DNA from: an uncultured delta proteobacterium
Lineage (GTDB): Bacteria; Myxococcota; Myxococcia; Myxococcales; Anaeromyxobacteraceae
Assembly: GCA_963845515.1 (NCBI GenBank)
Contig: CAWJSR010000010.1
Span: 1 to 64,000 of the forward strand
Direction: 5' to 3'
DNA length: 64,000 nt
Shown here: piece by piece, positions 53,044 to 64,000 of the stretch
Layout of the letters: every line of letters begins with the position of its first letter
Position numbering within the stretch: position 1 is the first letter of the stretch
Made by a program: the position numbers and the translations under genes
Notes under the pieces: generated by a model
The model's database searches: none
What the model was told of the DNA's origin: nothing
What the model saw: only the letters and a program-made list of their open reading frames with translations

Positions 53044-53080
53044 AAAAAAGAAACGGGCGGCCGAGGTGGCCGCCCGCTTC
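53044..53080 (-). terminator. intrinsic terminator after the tRNA
   Basis: cgggcggcc...ggccgcccg hairpin with a minus-strand U-tract. Confidence 0.75.
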
Positions 53081-53085
53081 ACTTG

Positions 53086-53158
<73 letters not shown>

Positions 53159-53413
53159 CTGCTGCGTATTCGATGTTTCCCCGGCTTCGAAGCCCAGAGG
53201 GACCGGGTACTTAGCGCGGCCACGGCAGGGGCGTCAAGCGTGAACCACTCCACCGTTCCGATTCGTCACCCTGTCGCCAGGAGGCTCCAGGCGGGGAGCC
53301 CGCACGAGCGATCTCGACGCACCAGCCTTCCCTCTTTTCGCCTTCTTTCGAGCGCTTGCGCCGGCCCAACGCGCTGGCATCGCGGTTGCTTAGGTTCCCC
53401 GTGGAGGCACACC

Positions 53414-54315
53414 ATGCGCAAGTTCCTGTTCATCACGCTCGCAGCAGTCGTGGTCCCCGCGCTCGCGCTCGCTGACTGGAGCCCGCGTGGTCGGAGGGCG
53501 GCCGAGGGGCGCGCCCGTCGGCCGGCTTCGTCGCGCGGGACGCGCCCCAGTCCGCGCCTCCCGCCTCCAGGCCTGCTCACGCCCGCGCCGGGCGCGGGCA
53601 AGTCCGTGCCGCCCCTCGTCTCGCATCGGCTACGGCTCTTCGGCGTTCGTGCTGGGCGTGGACGCGTCCCGTTCTGGATGGGCTGGGCTGGGGCTGGGGC
53701 TACTACCCGCTCTGGCCTCGCCCGTACTACCCGGGCGAGGAGCCGGCTACCGCCCGGACGACGCCGACCGGATCTCCGCCCGGCTCGAGGCCTATGGCGC
53801 CGGCGCCGTCCAACGCAGCGGCAGGGACTCTCGCGCTGTCGATGGAGGGGCCGATTGGTGGCTTCAGCGCCGACGTCACCGGCATGACGATCGCGGGCGC
53901 GCCCGGGCTCGACCGCCGGCGACTCGGCGCTCGGACCTCGGCGGCGCGCGCGCGAGCTGGACCGTGCTGAGCGATGCCGCCTTCCGCCTGCGGCTCGAGC
54001 TGGGCGGCTCGATGCTCTCGGTCCCGGACTCGGGCGCCCGTACGCGGGCGCCAGCTACGCCAACACCATGACCTTCGGCCCGCAGCTCGGCGTCTCCGGC
54101 AACGTCGGCCTGGTCGGACCGTTCGGGCTGGAGGGGTACGCGCGGGTCACCCCGCTACCCGTCCCCGTGCTGGACACGCGGGCGGCCTTCGTCGTCCGCG
54201 GCGGCTCGCTCGCCGTCTCCGCGGGCTGGCGCGTCATCGACGTGAACGGCGACGGGTCGACAGCCCCGAGGCGCACTTCGCCGGCCCGGAGCTCGGGCTC
54301 CAGCTGATGTTCTGA
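53414..54315 (+). CDS. putative outer-membrane/secreted protein (multiple frameshifts)
   Basis: RBS and signal peptide MRKFLFITLAAVVVPALALA; beta-strand-like C-terminus GPELGLQLMF. Confidence 0.55.
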
Positions 54316-54338
54316 GGTTCGACGAGGGGGAGGTGCCG

Positions 54339-54428
54339 CCTCCCTCCCACCGGGGAGAGGGAGGGGCGAGGGGGCGAGCCGTCGGGCCCGCCCCCGCCCT
54401 GCCCTTTCTCCCTCGGCGAGGGGAGGGG
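54339..54428. repeat. REP-like GC-rich inverted element
   Basis: paired ccctccc..ggggagagg and ccctttctccc..ggggagggg units between convergent genes. Confidence 0.45.
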
Positions 54429-54444
54429 AAGCAGCGACCCCGCG

Positions 54445-54555
54445 CTACTTCTTCGAGGTGCTCTTCGTGGCGGCCGCCTTGCGCTTCTTCTGCGCCTTCC
54501 ACTGCTGGCGGCGACGGTTCTTCACACGGACGTGCTTGCTCTTCGAATTTGCCAT
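54445..54555 (-). CDS. 36-aa highly basic small protein (not in the ORF track)
   Basis: GGAGGAG RBS; MANSKSKHVRVKNRRRQQWKAQKKRKAAATKSTSKK*; every Lys codon is AAG. Confidence 0.75.
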   Translation of the reverse strand: MANSKSKHVRVKNRRRQQWKAQKKRKAAATKSTSKK

Positions 54556-54589
54556 CACTCCTCCAGGAGTTGCCCGTGACGGGGCGGTT

Positions 54590-56189
<1,600 letters not shown>

Positions 56190-56263
56190 GGCGTGGAAAT
56201 TACCCCGTCCTCGGGGCGGGGGAAAGGCGGACACTGACGCGGGGCGTGCCGCCCCGCCCGCCG

Positions 56264-57606
<1,343 letters not shown>

Positions 57607-57619
57607 CGGCGGCGGGACG

Positions 57620-58258
57620 CTAGCTCACGGGCCCATCGGGCGCAAGGCGCGCGGCGCGCTCGACCGCGTCGAACGGAACGGCCCCTTGCCTCAGCAGCGT
57701 GAGCCGCTCGCCGTCGACCCTGACCACCGTGCTCGGCTGACCGCCGGGCGTGGAGCCGGCGTCCAGGACTCCGTCGATCCGCGCGAGGAGCGCGGCGTCG
57801 AGCTCCGCGGGCGACGAGGGCGCCGGCCACCCGGACGGGTTGGCGCTGGTGGAGACGATGGGACCGCCGGCCGCGCGGCAGAGGGCCCGTGCGACCTCGC
57901 TCCCCGGCACGCGGATCCCCACCGTCCCAGTGCCGCCGGTGATCGGCGCCGGCAGGCCGGGCCGGGCGGGGAGCACGAGCGTGAGCGGCCCGGGCCAGAG
58001 CCGGCCGGCGAGCCGGCGCGCGATCGCGCCGGGCTCGGCCACCTGCTCGACCATCGCCGCGTCGGCGGCGATCAGTGGCAGCGGCTTCCCCTCCGGCCGC
58101 CCCTTCGCGCGCGCCAGTCGCTCGAGCGCCGCGGCGTCCCGGGCGAGCGCGCCCAGCCCGTAGAAGGTCTCCGTCGGGTAGGCGACCACTCCACCGCTCC
58201 GGAGGATCGCGGCGATCCGCTCGATCTCCCTGGCGACGATGGGGTCCAACGTGCGCAC
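57620..58258 (-). CDS. tsaC: L-threonylcarbamoyladenylate synthase (TsaC/Sua5)
   Basis: VAYPTETFYGL, KGRPEGKPL, WPGPLTLV, STSANPSG, LLRQGA. Confidence 0.95.
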   Translation of the reverse strand: MRTLDPIVAREIERIAAILRSGGVVAYPTETFYGLGALARDAAALERLARAKGRPEGKPLPLIAADAAMVEQVAEPGAIARRLAGRLWPGPLTLVLPARPGLPAPITGGTGTVGIRVPGSEVARALCRAAGGPIVSTSANPSGWPAPSSPAELDAALLARIDGVLDAGSTPGGQPSTVVRVDGERLTLLRQGAVPFDAVERAARLAPDGPVS

Positions 58259-58259
58259 C

Positions 58260-59342
58260 TCAGCGGACGCGGCGGAGCGCGAGGAGCCCCGCCACGGAGA
58301 AGAGCAGGAACGGTGCCCACGCCGCCACGCCCGGCTGGACCCTCCCGGAGAGCCCCATCGCGAGCGCCACGCCCTGCGCCGACCAGAGCGCCAGGGAGAT
58401 GCCGACCGCCTCGAGCAGCGCCGCGGCGACGTGGCCCCTCCGGTTCGGGCGGAGCGCGAGCGCGAGCGCGAGGAGCGCGGCCGGCGCGCCCACGAGCACG
58501 GCCGCGCCGCGATTGTGGCGCTCCAGCTCGAAGTCGGCCACGCGCTGCCCCAGCTCCCGCCGAAGCCTGATCTGCTTCGTGAGGACTCCGTAGCGGAGCT
58601 GCGCCGGACGTCCCGGCACCAGGGCGAAGGCCTCGGGTGGCTCCGTGAACTCGTACCGTCGCTCCGCAGCCCGCTCCAGCCTGACGCTCCCGTCGGCGAG
58701 GAACGCGCGATCCTCGACGTCGGCGAGGATCCAGGCGCCGTCGGCCGGACGCATCGCCGCGGCGTCGATCCGGCGCGACAGCGCGAACGCCGGCGTCACC
58801 TCGAGGACGGTCACGCCCTCGAAGCCGCCGCCGGCGAGCGCGCCGCGGAGGTGGTAGATCCGGCGGCCGTCGGTGCTGCGAAACCAGCGCTTGGGCTGGC
58901 GTACCGCCTGCCAGCGTCGCGCCGAGCCACCCCGCTGGAAGCGGGTCGCCTGCAGCTCCTCGGCCCGCTCGGCCGCGCGGACGCCGACGACGTCGTTGAG
59001 GAGCGCTGCCGCGCCGCCGAAGAGGAGCGCCACGGCGAGGATGGGAGCCGCGAGGCGCGAGGGCCCCAGCCCGACCGAGCGCAGCGCCGTCCACTCGCGC
59101 GTCTGGCGCAGCCCGCTCACGGCGATGGCGGAGCCGAGCAGGAGCGCCGATGGCGCGGTCTGGTACGCGACCACCGCGGACTTGTTCGCGTAGAGCTCCA
59201 GGACCGCCCAGCCCCACCCAGGCCCGGTGAAGGCGCTCGCGTTGTCGACGAAGTCGACGGCCAGGTAGATGGCGACGACCCCGGCGAGCGCGGCGAGCGT
59301 GGCGAGGAACACCCGCCCGGCGACGTGGCGGAAGAGGATCAC
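58260..59342 (-). CDS. lptG: LptG-like LPS export permease
   Basis: 3+3 TM layout, EWTALRSVG, follows lptF. Confidence 0.8.
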   Translation of the reverse strand: MILFRHVAGRVFLATLAALAGVVAIYLAVDFVDNASAFTGPGWGWAVLELYANKSAVVAYQTAPSALLLGSAIAVSGLRQTREWTALRSVGLGPSRLAAPILAVALLFGGAAALLNDVVGVRAAERAEELQATRFQRGGSARRWQAVRQPKRWFRSTDGRRIYHLRGALAGGGFEGVTVLEVTPAFALSRRIDAAAMRPADGAWILADVEDRAFLADGSVRLERAAERRYEFTEPPEAFALVPGRPAQLRYGVLTKQIRLRRELGQRVADFELERHNRGAAVLVGAPAALLALALALRPNRRGHVAAALLEAVGISLALWSAQGVALAMGLSGRVQPGVAAWAPFLLFSVAGLLALRRVR

Positions 59343-60445
59343 CGGATCGCCCCGGTGCCGCGCCTCGCCAGCATCACCACGGCGGCGAGCCCCGCGAGGG
59401 AGAGGACGACCGTCGGGAGCTGGAGGGCCACCGCGGGCGGGAGCGCGCCGCGCTGTGCGAGCACCTCGCCACCGCGCAGCAACAAGTACTGGGCGAGCAC
59501 GGCCACCAGCGTCGCCCCGACGCCGAAGGCCCGACCGCCCCGCCTGACGGCGGCGAGCGGCACCGCCAGGAGCGCGAAGGGGATCATCGAGAGCGCCTGC
59601 GAGATCTTGCGGTGCAGGTAGCCGAGCCAGCGCCAGGCCTTCTCGCGGGTCGGGGCCTCCCGCGCGAACTGCAGGAGCTCGCGCGCGGTGAACTCGCGAG
59701 ACGCACCGCTCAGCCGGTTGCGGTCCCCGAGCGTCTGCTGGATGCCGACCTGGAGCGTCGCGCGATCGAAGGCGGCCAGGGCGTACTCCTCCGTGGCCGC
59801 CTCCTCCCGGTGGATCTCGCCCCGCTCGAGGACGAGCTGCATCGCCTTCCCGGCGGGGGCCGGCTCGAAGCGCCCGGTGCTCGCCAGCGCAAGGATGGCA
59901 GCGTCGGGATCCGACCGGTCGCTGATCAGGACGTTCCTCCAGCGGGAGCCGCTCACCCCCTCCGCGTAGAGCGTGTACCCCGGGATGTCGTCATAGAAGG
60001 TGCCGGCCTTCACGTCGCTCATGACGTTCTTCTTGATGATCTCGTTCAGGAGCAGCCGCGCCGAGCGCAGCGCGGAGGGCTCGACCTCCAGCGCCAGCCA
60101 GAGCGCCAGAGCCGAGACGGCGACGCCCAGCAGGAGCGGCACGCGGACCAGCCGGACCGGCGAGAGGCCGGCCCCGCCCATGGCGATGATCTCGCGGTCC
60201 TCGGCGAGCCGGCCGACACCGACGACCGCACCGAGCAGGAAGGCGACCGGGAGGATGAAGCCGAGGAAGTGCGGCGTCAGGAGGAAGACGACCCGCGCCA
60301 CGTCCCAGGCCGAGACGCCCGAGCCGAAGAGGATGTCGGCCTGCGCGAGGATCTGCGTCGCGAGCAGGATCTGGGTGAGGAAGACCAGCCCGGCGCCGAA
60401 CGGGAGCAGGATCTCCTTCGCCAGGTACCGGTCGAGCAGCGACAC
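59339..60445 (-). CDS. lptF: LptF-like LPS export permease
   Basis: LLDRYLAKE, GRLAEDREIIAMGGAGLS, HRK. Confidence 0.85.
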   Translation of the reverse strand: MSLLDRYLAKEILLPFGAGLVFLTQILLATQILAQADILFGSGVSAWDVARVVFLLTPHFLGFILPVAFLLGAVVGVGRLAEDREIIAMGGAGLSPVRLVRVPLLLGVAVSALALWLALEVEPSALRSARLLLNEIIKKNVMSDVKAGTFYDDIPGYTLYAEGVSGSRWRNVLISDRSDPDAAILALASTGRFEPAPAGKAMQLVLERGEIHREEAATEEYALAAFDRATLQVGIQQTLGDRNRLSGASREFTARELLQFAREAPTREKAWRWLGYLHRKISQALSMIPFALLAVPLAAVRRGGRAFGVGATLVAVLAQYLLLRGGEVLAQRGALPPAVALQLPTVVLSLAGLAAVVMLARRGTGAIR

Positions 60446-60448
60446 GGA

Positions 60449-60968
60449 CTACTTCCCGCCTCCCGAGAGTCGCTGCTGGAGCGCGGCGTCCTTCGCCTCC
60501 ACCTCGCGCGCCAGCTTCTCGCGCTGGGCGCGCACCTGAGCCGCCACCGCCGGATCGGCGAGGGCGATGATCCGCGCCGCCAGCAGGCCCGCGTTGCGCG
60601 CGCCGGCCTTGCCGATGGCCAGCGTCCCGACCGGAACCCCTCCAGGCATCTGGACGGTCGCCAGGAGCGCGTCGAGCCCCTGCAGGTCGCTCGAGGCGAG
60701 CGGGACGCCGAGCACCGGCAGCTCTGTCTCGGCGGCGACGACGCCGGCGAGGTGGGCGGCGGAGCCGGCGCCGCAGATCACGACCTGGATCCCGCGCCCA
60801 GCCGCCTCGCGCGCCAGCGTTCCCGGTCCTCTCCGGCGTCCGGTGCGCAGAGGAGACGTGGATCTCGCAGGGGATCGACAGCTCGTCGAGCGCCTTCTTC
60901 GCCTCGCCCATCACCTCCCAGTCCGAGTCGGAGCCCATCAGGACGAGGACCTTCGGGTTCGCGCTCAT
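60449..60968 (-). CDS. purE: N5-CAIR mutase PurE (frameshift near 60820)
   Basis: [33 protein letters not shown]. Confidence 0.95.
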
Positions 60969-62224
60969 TTCTTTCCGATGTCCTTTCGGAGCTGCATCCC
61001 GCGGAAGCGGACCTGCTTCACGACCTCGTAAGCGCGGCGCGCCGCGTCGTCGAGCCCGTCGCCCAGCGCCACCACCGTGAGGACGCGACCGCCGGCCGTC
61101 ACGACGCTGCCGTCCGCCGCCGCCGCGGTGCCCGCCTGGAACACCATCGTCCCCTCGGGGAACGGCCCGTCGAGCCCCTCGATGGCGTCCCCGGTGGTGA
61201 CCTTCCCCGGGTACCCCTCGGCGGCCAGGACCACGCCGACCGCGGCGCGCCGGTCGAGCTCGATGGAGACGCCAGACAGGTCGCCCTTCGCCGCGGCGAG
61301 GAGCGCCGGGACGATGTCGCCGCGGAGCGCCATCAGGATGGGCTGCGTCTCCGGATCGCCGAGCCGGGCGTTGAACTCCAGGACCTTGGGGCCGGCCTTG
61401 GTGAGCATCACGCCGGCGTAGAGCGCACCGCGGAATGGTCGGCCGCGCCTGGCCATCTCCCTGACGGCCGGGAGGATGACCGTCCGCTCGATCTCGGCGA
61501 GCAGCGCCGCGTCGACCTTGGGCGTCGGGCAGAAGGCCCCCATGCCGCCGGTGTTCGGCCCGAGGTCGCCGTCGAAGATCCGCTTGTGATCCTGCGCGGG
61601 CGGCAGCATCAGGACCCGCTCTCCGTCCGTGATGGCGATGCAGCTCGCCTCCGGACCCTCGAGCAGCTCCTCCATGACGACCGTCGCGCCGGCGGCGCCG
61701 TGTACGCGGTCGACCAGGATCGCCTGGAGCGCCTCCTCCACCTCGCCGAGGGCGGTGCAGACGACCACCCCCTTGCCCGCGGCCAGGCCGTCGGCCTTCA
61801 CCACGGCGCGCCCTCCGCGGGCGCGCGCCCAGGCGAGCGCCGGCGCGACCTCGGAGAAGGTGCCGTAGTCTCCGGTCGGGATGCCGGCGGCGCGCATGAC
61901 GTCCTTGGCGAAGGCCTTCGAGCCCTCGATCTCGGCGGCGGCGGCCGTCGGACCGAAGGCCGGGATCCCGGCGTCCGCCAGCCTGTCGACGAGCCCCGCG
62001 ACGAGCGGCGCCTCGGGGCCGGCCACGACGAAGTCGATCGCGTTCTCGCGCGCCCAGCGCGCGAGCCCCGCGGCGTCGTCCACCTTGATCGGGACCAGGG
62101 TCGCGAGCCGCGCGATGCCGGGATTGCCGGGCGCCGCGAACAGCGCCGTCACCAGCGGGCTCTGGGAGATCTTCCACGCGAGGGCGTGCTCTCTGCCGCC
62201 CGCGCCAACGAGAAGGACGCGCAT
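60965..62224 (-). CDS. purD: phosphoribosylamine-glycine ligase
   Basis: GAGGREHAL, KADGLAAGKGV, QDHKR, GPNTGGMG, EFNARLGDPE. Confidence 0.98.
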   Translation of the reverse strand: MRVLLVGAGGREHALAWKISQSPLVTALFAAPGNPGIARLATLVPIKVDDAAGLARWARENAIDFVVAGPEAPLVAGLVDRLADAGIPAFGPTAAAAEIEGSKAFAKDVMRAAGIPTGDYGTFSEVAPALAWARARGGRAVVKADGLAAGKGVVVCTALGEVEEALQAILVDRVHGAAGATVVMEELLEGPEASCIAITDGERVLMLPPAQDHKRIFDGDLGPNTGGMGAFCPTPKVDAALLAEIERTVILPAVREMARRGRPFRGALYAGVMLTKAGPKVLEFNARLGDPETQPILMALRGDIVPALLAAAKGDLSGVSIELDRRAAVGVVLAAEGYPGKVTTGDAIEGLDGPFPEGTMVFQAGTAAAADGSVVTAGGRVLTVVALGDGLDDAARRAYEVVKQVRFRGMQLRKDIGKK

Positions 62225-62249
62225 ATTGGAGGGGCGATCCATACCACAA

Positions 62250-64000
62250 TCACCGTGCGGCGGCCCTCGTCCTCCCGAGCTCGCGCAGCGTCCCGGCCGC
62301 CTCCACCGCGGAGGGGTCGTCGCCGACCATGGCCTCCAGCAGCGGGCGCGCATCCTGGGTCCGTCCTTCGAGGACGAGGAGCCTCGCAAGCGCCAGCCTC
62401 CCCGTGGCGAGGTCGGGGACGACGTCGAGCACCTCCCGCCAGGCGGCCTGCGCCTCGAGCCGCTTTCCCACCGCCTCCAGCGAGCGGGCCTTCACCGACG
62501 AGGCGGCGGGCAGCCCGGGACTCAGCTCCAGGGCCGCGCGCGCCCACGCCGCGGCGGCTCGGGAATCCCCCCGCTCCAGCTCCAGGTAGCCCATCAGCGC
62601 AGGGGGTGCGGCGAGCTGGGGGCCGAGAGAGAGGGCGCGCCGCGCGAGCTCGTCGGCCCTCGCGCCGCGGCCCATCAGCAGCTCCGCCGCCCCGGCCGCC
62701 GCGAGCGCCGCCGCGACGTCGTGCGACGGCCCCCGGGCGATGGCGACGAGCCGCCGCGACGCCTCGGGGAGCGGCGGGGCTCCGTCCCAGAAGTCGCCGA
62801 CCGTCCGCTGCACGCGCCCCTCGAACAGGTCCCGCTGGAAGACCCTGTCGGCGAGCGCCAGCGCGCGCCGGGTGAAGCCGAGCCGCGCGAGGGCTCCCGC
62901 CCCCGTCAGCGCGGCCGCTGGATCCCTCGGCGCAGCGGCCGCGGCGACCTCCCATGCGTCAGCGGCCTCCTCTGCCGTCGAAGAGAGCTCGACGCTGCGT
63001 GCGCGGACCGCCGCGGCGACGGCGGGCCCCCCACGATCGCCGATCACGCCCGCCGCCTCGCGGACCGACCGCGCGTCGCCGCGCCCGAAGGAGAGGAGCG
63101 CCGACTGGTACTGGGCAGGAGCGCTCGCGGGGACCCGCAGGAGCGCCGCGTCGATGGCCCGCTGCGCCGCGGCGCCATCGCCCGCGGCGCGCTCCACGGC
63201 GGCGAGCTGTGCGAGCACCCGGGCGGCGAGGAAGTCGTCGCAGTGCAGCGCCAGCGCCTCCTCGAGGAGCCGGCGAGCGTCCGGCAGCCGCCGATCCACC
63301 TGGGAGACGACGCGCGCCAGGAGGAACCGCGGGCGGGGCGAGTCGGGATGGGCGGCGGCGTACCGCTGCAGCACGCCCTTCGCCCGCTCGGACCGGCCGC
63401 CCGAGAGCATGATCTCCGCCTCCAGCTCCAGCGCCTCCGGGTGGCCGGGATCCAGCGCGAGGCGCCGCTCGGCGAGCGCGACCGCACGGTCTACGTCCCC
63501 GGCGGCCCAGCGCGCGCGCGCGGCGGCCGTCAGCAGGCGCCGGTCGACCTCCGGCCGATCGAGCTCCGCGTCGAGGACCCTGACCGCGCCAGGGGCGTCG
63601 TTGTCGATGCGAGAGAGACCGAGCGCCAGCCTGGCGTCGGGGTCCCGCGGCGCCAGCGCCCCTGCCTTCCATGCGACCGAGAGCGCCTCGGCCCGGTTCT
63701 TGTCTCCGGGCACGGCCAGCAGGATCCGGGCGTACGCCGCCACCAGCTCTGGCCGCTCCGGGTTCCGCTCGCGCGCCCACTGCAGCAGCGCATGCGCCGC
63801 GGTCAGATCCTCGCCGCGGATCGTCTCCACCGGCTGGCTGGCGAGCGCGATGACCCAGCCCGCGAGGGCGTCGAGCCGCGCCGGGTCGGCGACCAGGGCG
63901 TCCCGGTAGGCGCGGAGCGCCTCGGGGATCCGCTCCGGGAGGTCCGCGGCGAGCGCCGCTCGCCCGGCCGCCACCCGCTGATCGGCGACGGCCTTCGGGT
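62250..64000 (-). CDS. TPR-repeat protein, 5' end beyond the window edge
   Basis: repeated A..AL.L.P helical motifs upstream of purD. Confidence 0.8.
   Translation of the reverse strand, partial: PKAVADQRVAAGRAALAADLPERIPEALRAYRDALVADPARLDALAGWVIALASQPVETIRGEDLTAAHALLQWARERNPERPELVAAYARILLAVPGDKNRAEALSVAWKAGALAPRDPDARLALGLSRIDNDAPGAVRVLDAELDRPEVDRRLLTAAARARWAAGDVDRAVALAERRLALDPGHPEALELEAEIMLSGGRSERAKGVLQRYAAAHPDSPRPRFLLARVVSQVDRRLPDARRLLEEALALHCDDFLAARVLAQLAAVERAAGDGAAAQRAIDAALLRVPASAPAQYQSALLSFGRGDARSVREAAGVIGDRGGPAVAAAVRARSVELSSTAEEAADAWEVAAAAAPRDPAAALTGAGALARLGFTRRALALADRVFQRDLFEGRVQRTVGDFWDGAPPLPEASRRLVAIARGPSHDVAAALAAAGAAELLMGRGARADELARRALSLGPQLAAPPALMGYLELERGDSRAAAAWARAALELSPGLPAASSVKARSLEAVGKRLEAQAAWREVLDVVPDLATGRLALARLLVLEGRTQDARPLLEAMVGDDPSAVEAAGTLRELGRTRAAAR

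Noticed and set aside
59612..62875. 1087-aa plus-strand ORF and the overlapping 752-aa minus-strand ORF
   Set aside because: Arg/Ala/Pro-rich shadows of lptF, purE and purD. Only a short stretch of the 752-aa ORF is real (the purE N-terminus).

Overview
The window looks like three unrelated genome fragments joined together. (1) 1-~2390 is alphaproteobacterial-type: a sigma54 promoter with a NifA UAS, a FixR-like SDR, and nifA cut off inside its AAA+ domain. (2) ~2391-48511 is Chloroflexota (Anaerolineae-like). It holds an FG-GAP protein, a 7TM-PAS-GAF-GAF kinase with a NarL-type regulator, and a putative extracellular electron-transfer operon. That operon encodes a large Cys-rich secreted protein, cytochrome b, a Rieske protein, and 6-, 12- and 25-heme cytochromes c (43 CXXCH motifs in total). 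Next come a ~2000-aa secreted protein beside an AfsR-like SARP-ATPase-TPR regulator, CIRCE-groESL, a DtxR-feoABC operon with a perfect 36-bp palindrome, and a housekeeping block (mpg, ArcE/CpgS-like, nusB, rpmF, coaD, recG, degV, DAK2, truncated rpmB). (3) 48512-64000 is very GC-rich and Anaeromyxobacter-like: a radical SAM selenoprotein with a C-U-A-E-P tail and candidate SECIS, HNH, ATP-grasp, tRNA-Ala(GGC), a 36-aa basic ORF, hemB, DUF1015, tsaC, lptGF, purE, purD and a TPR gene. Many conserved genes carry single-base frameshifts, most simply explained as sequencing or assembly indels. Taxonomic and family assignments come from motif recognition only; no searches were run.
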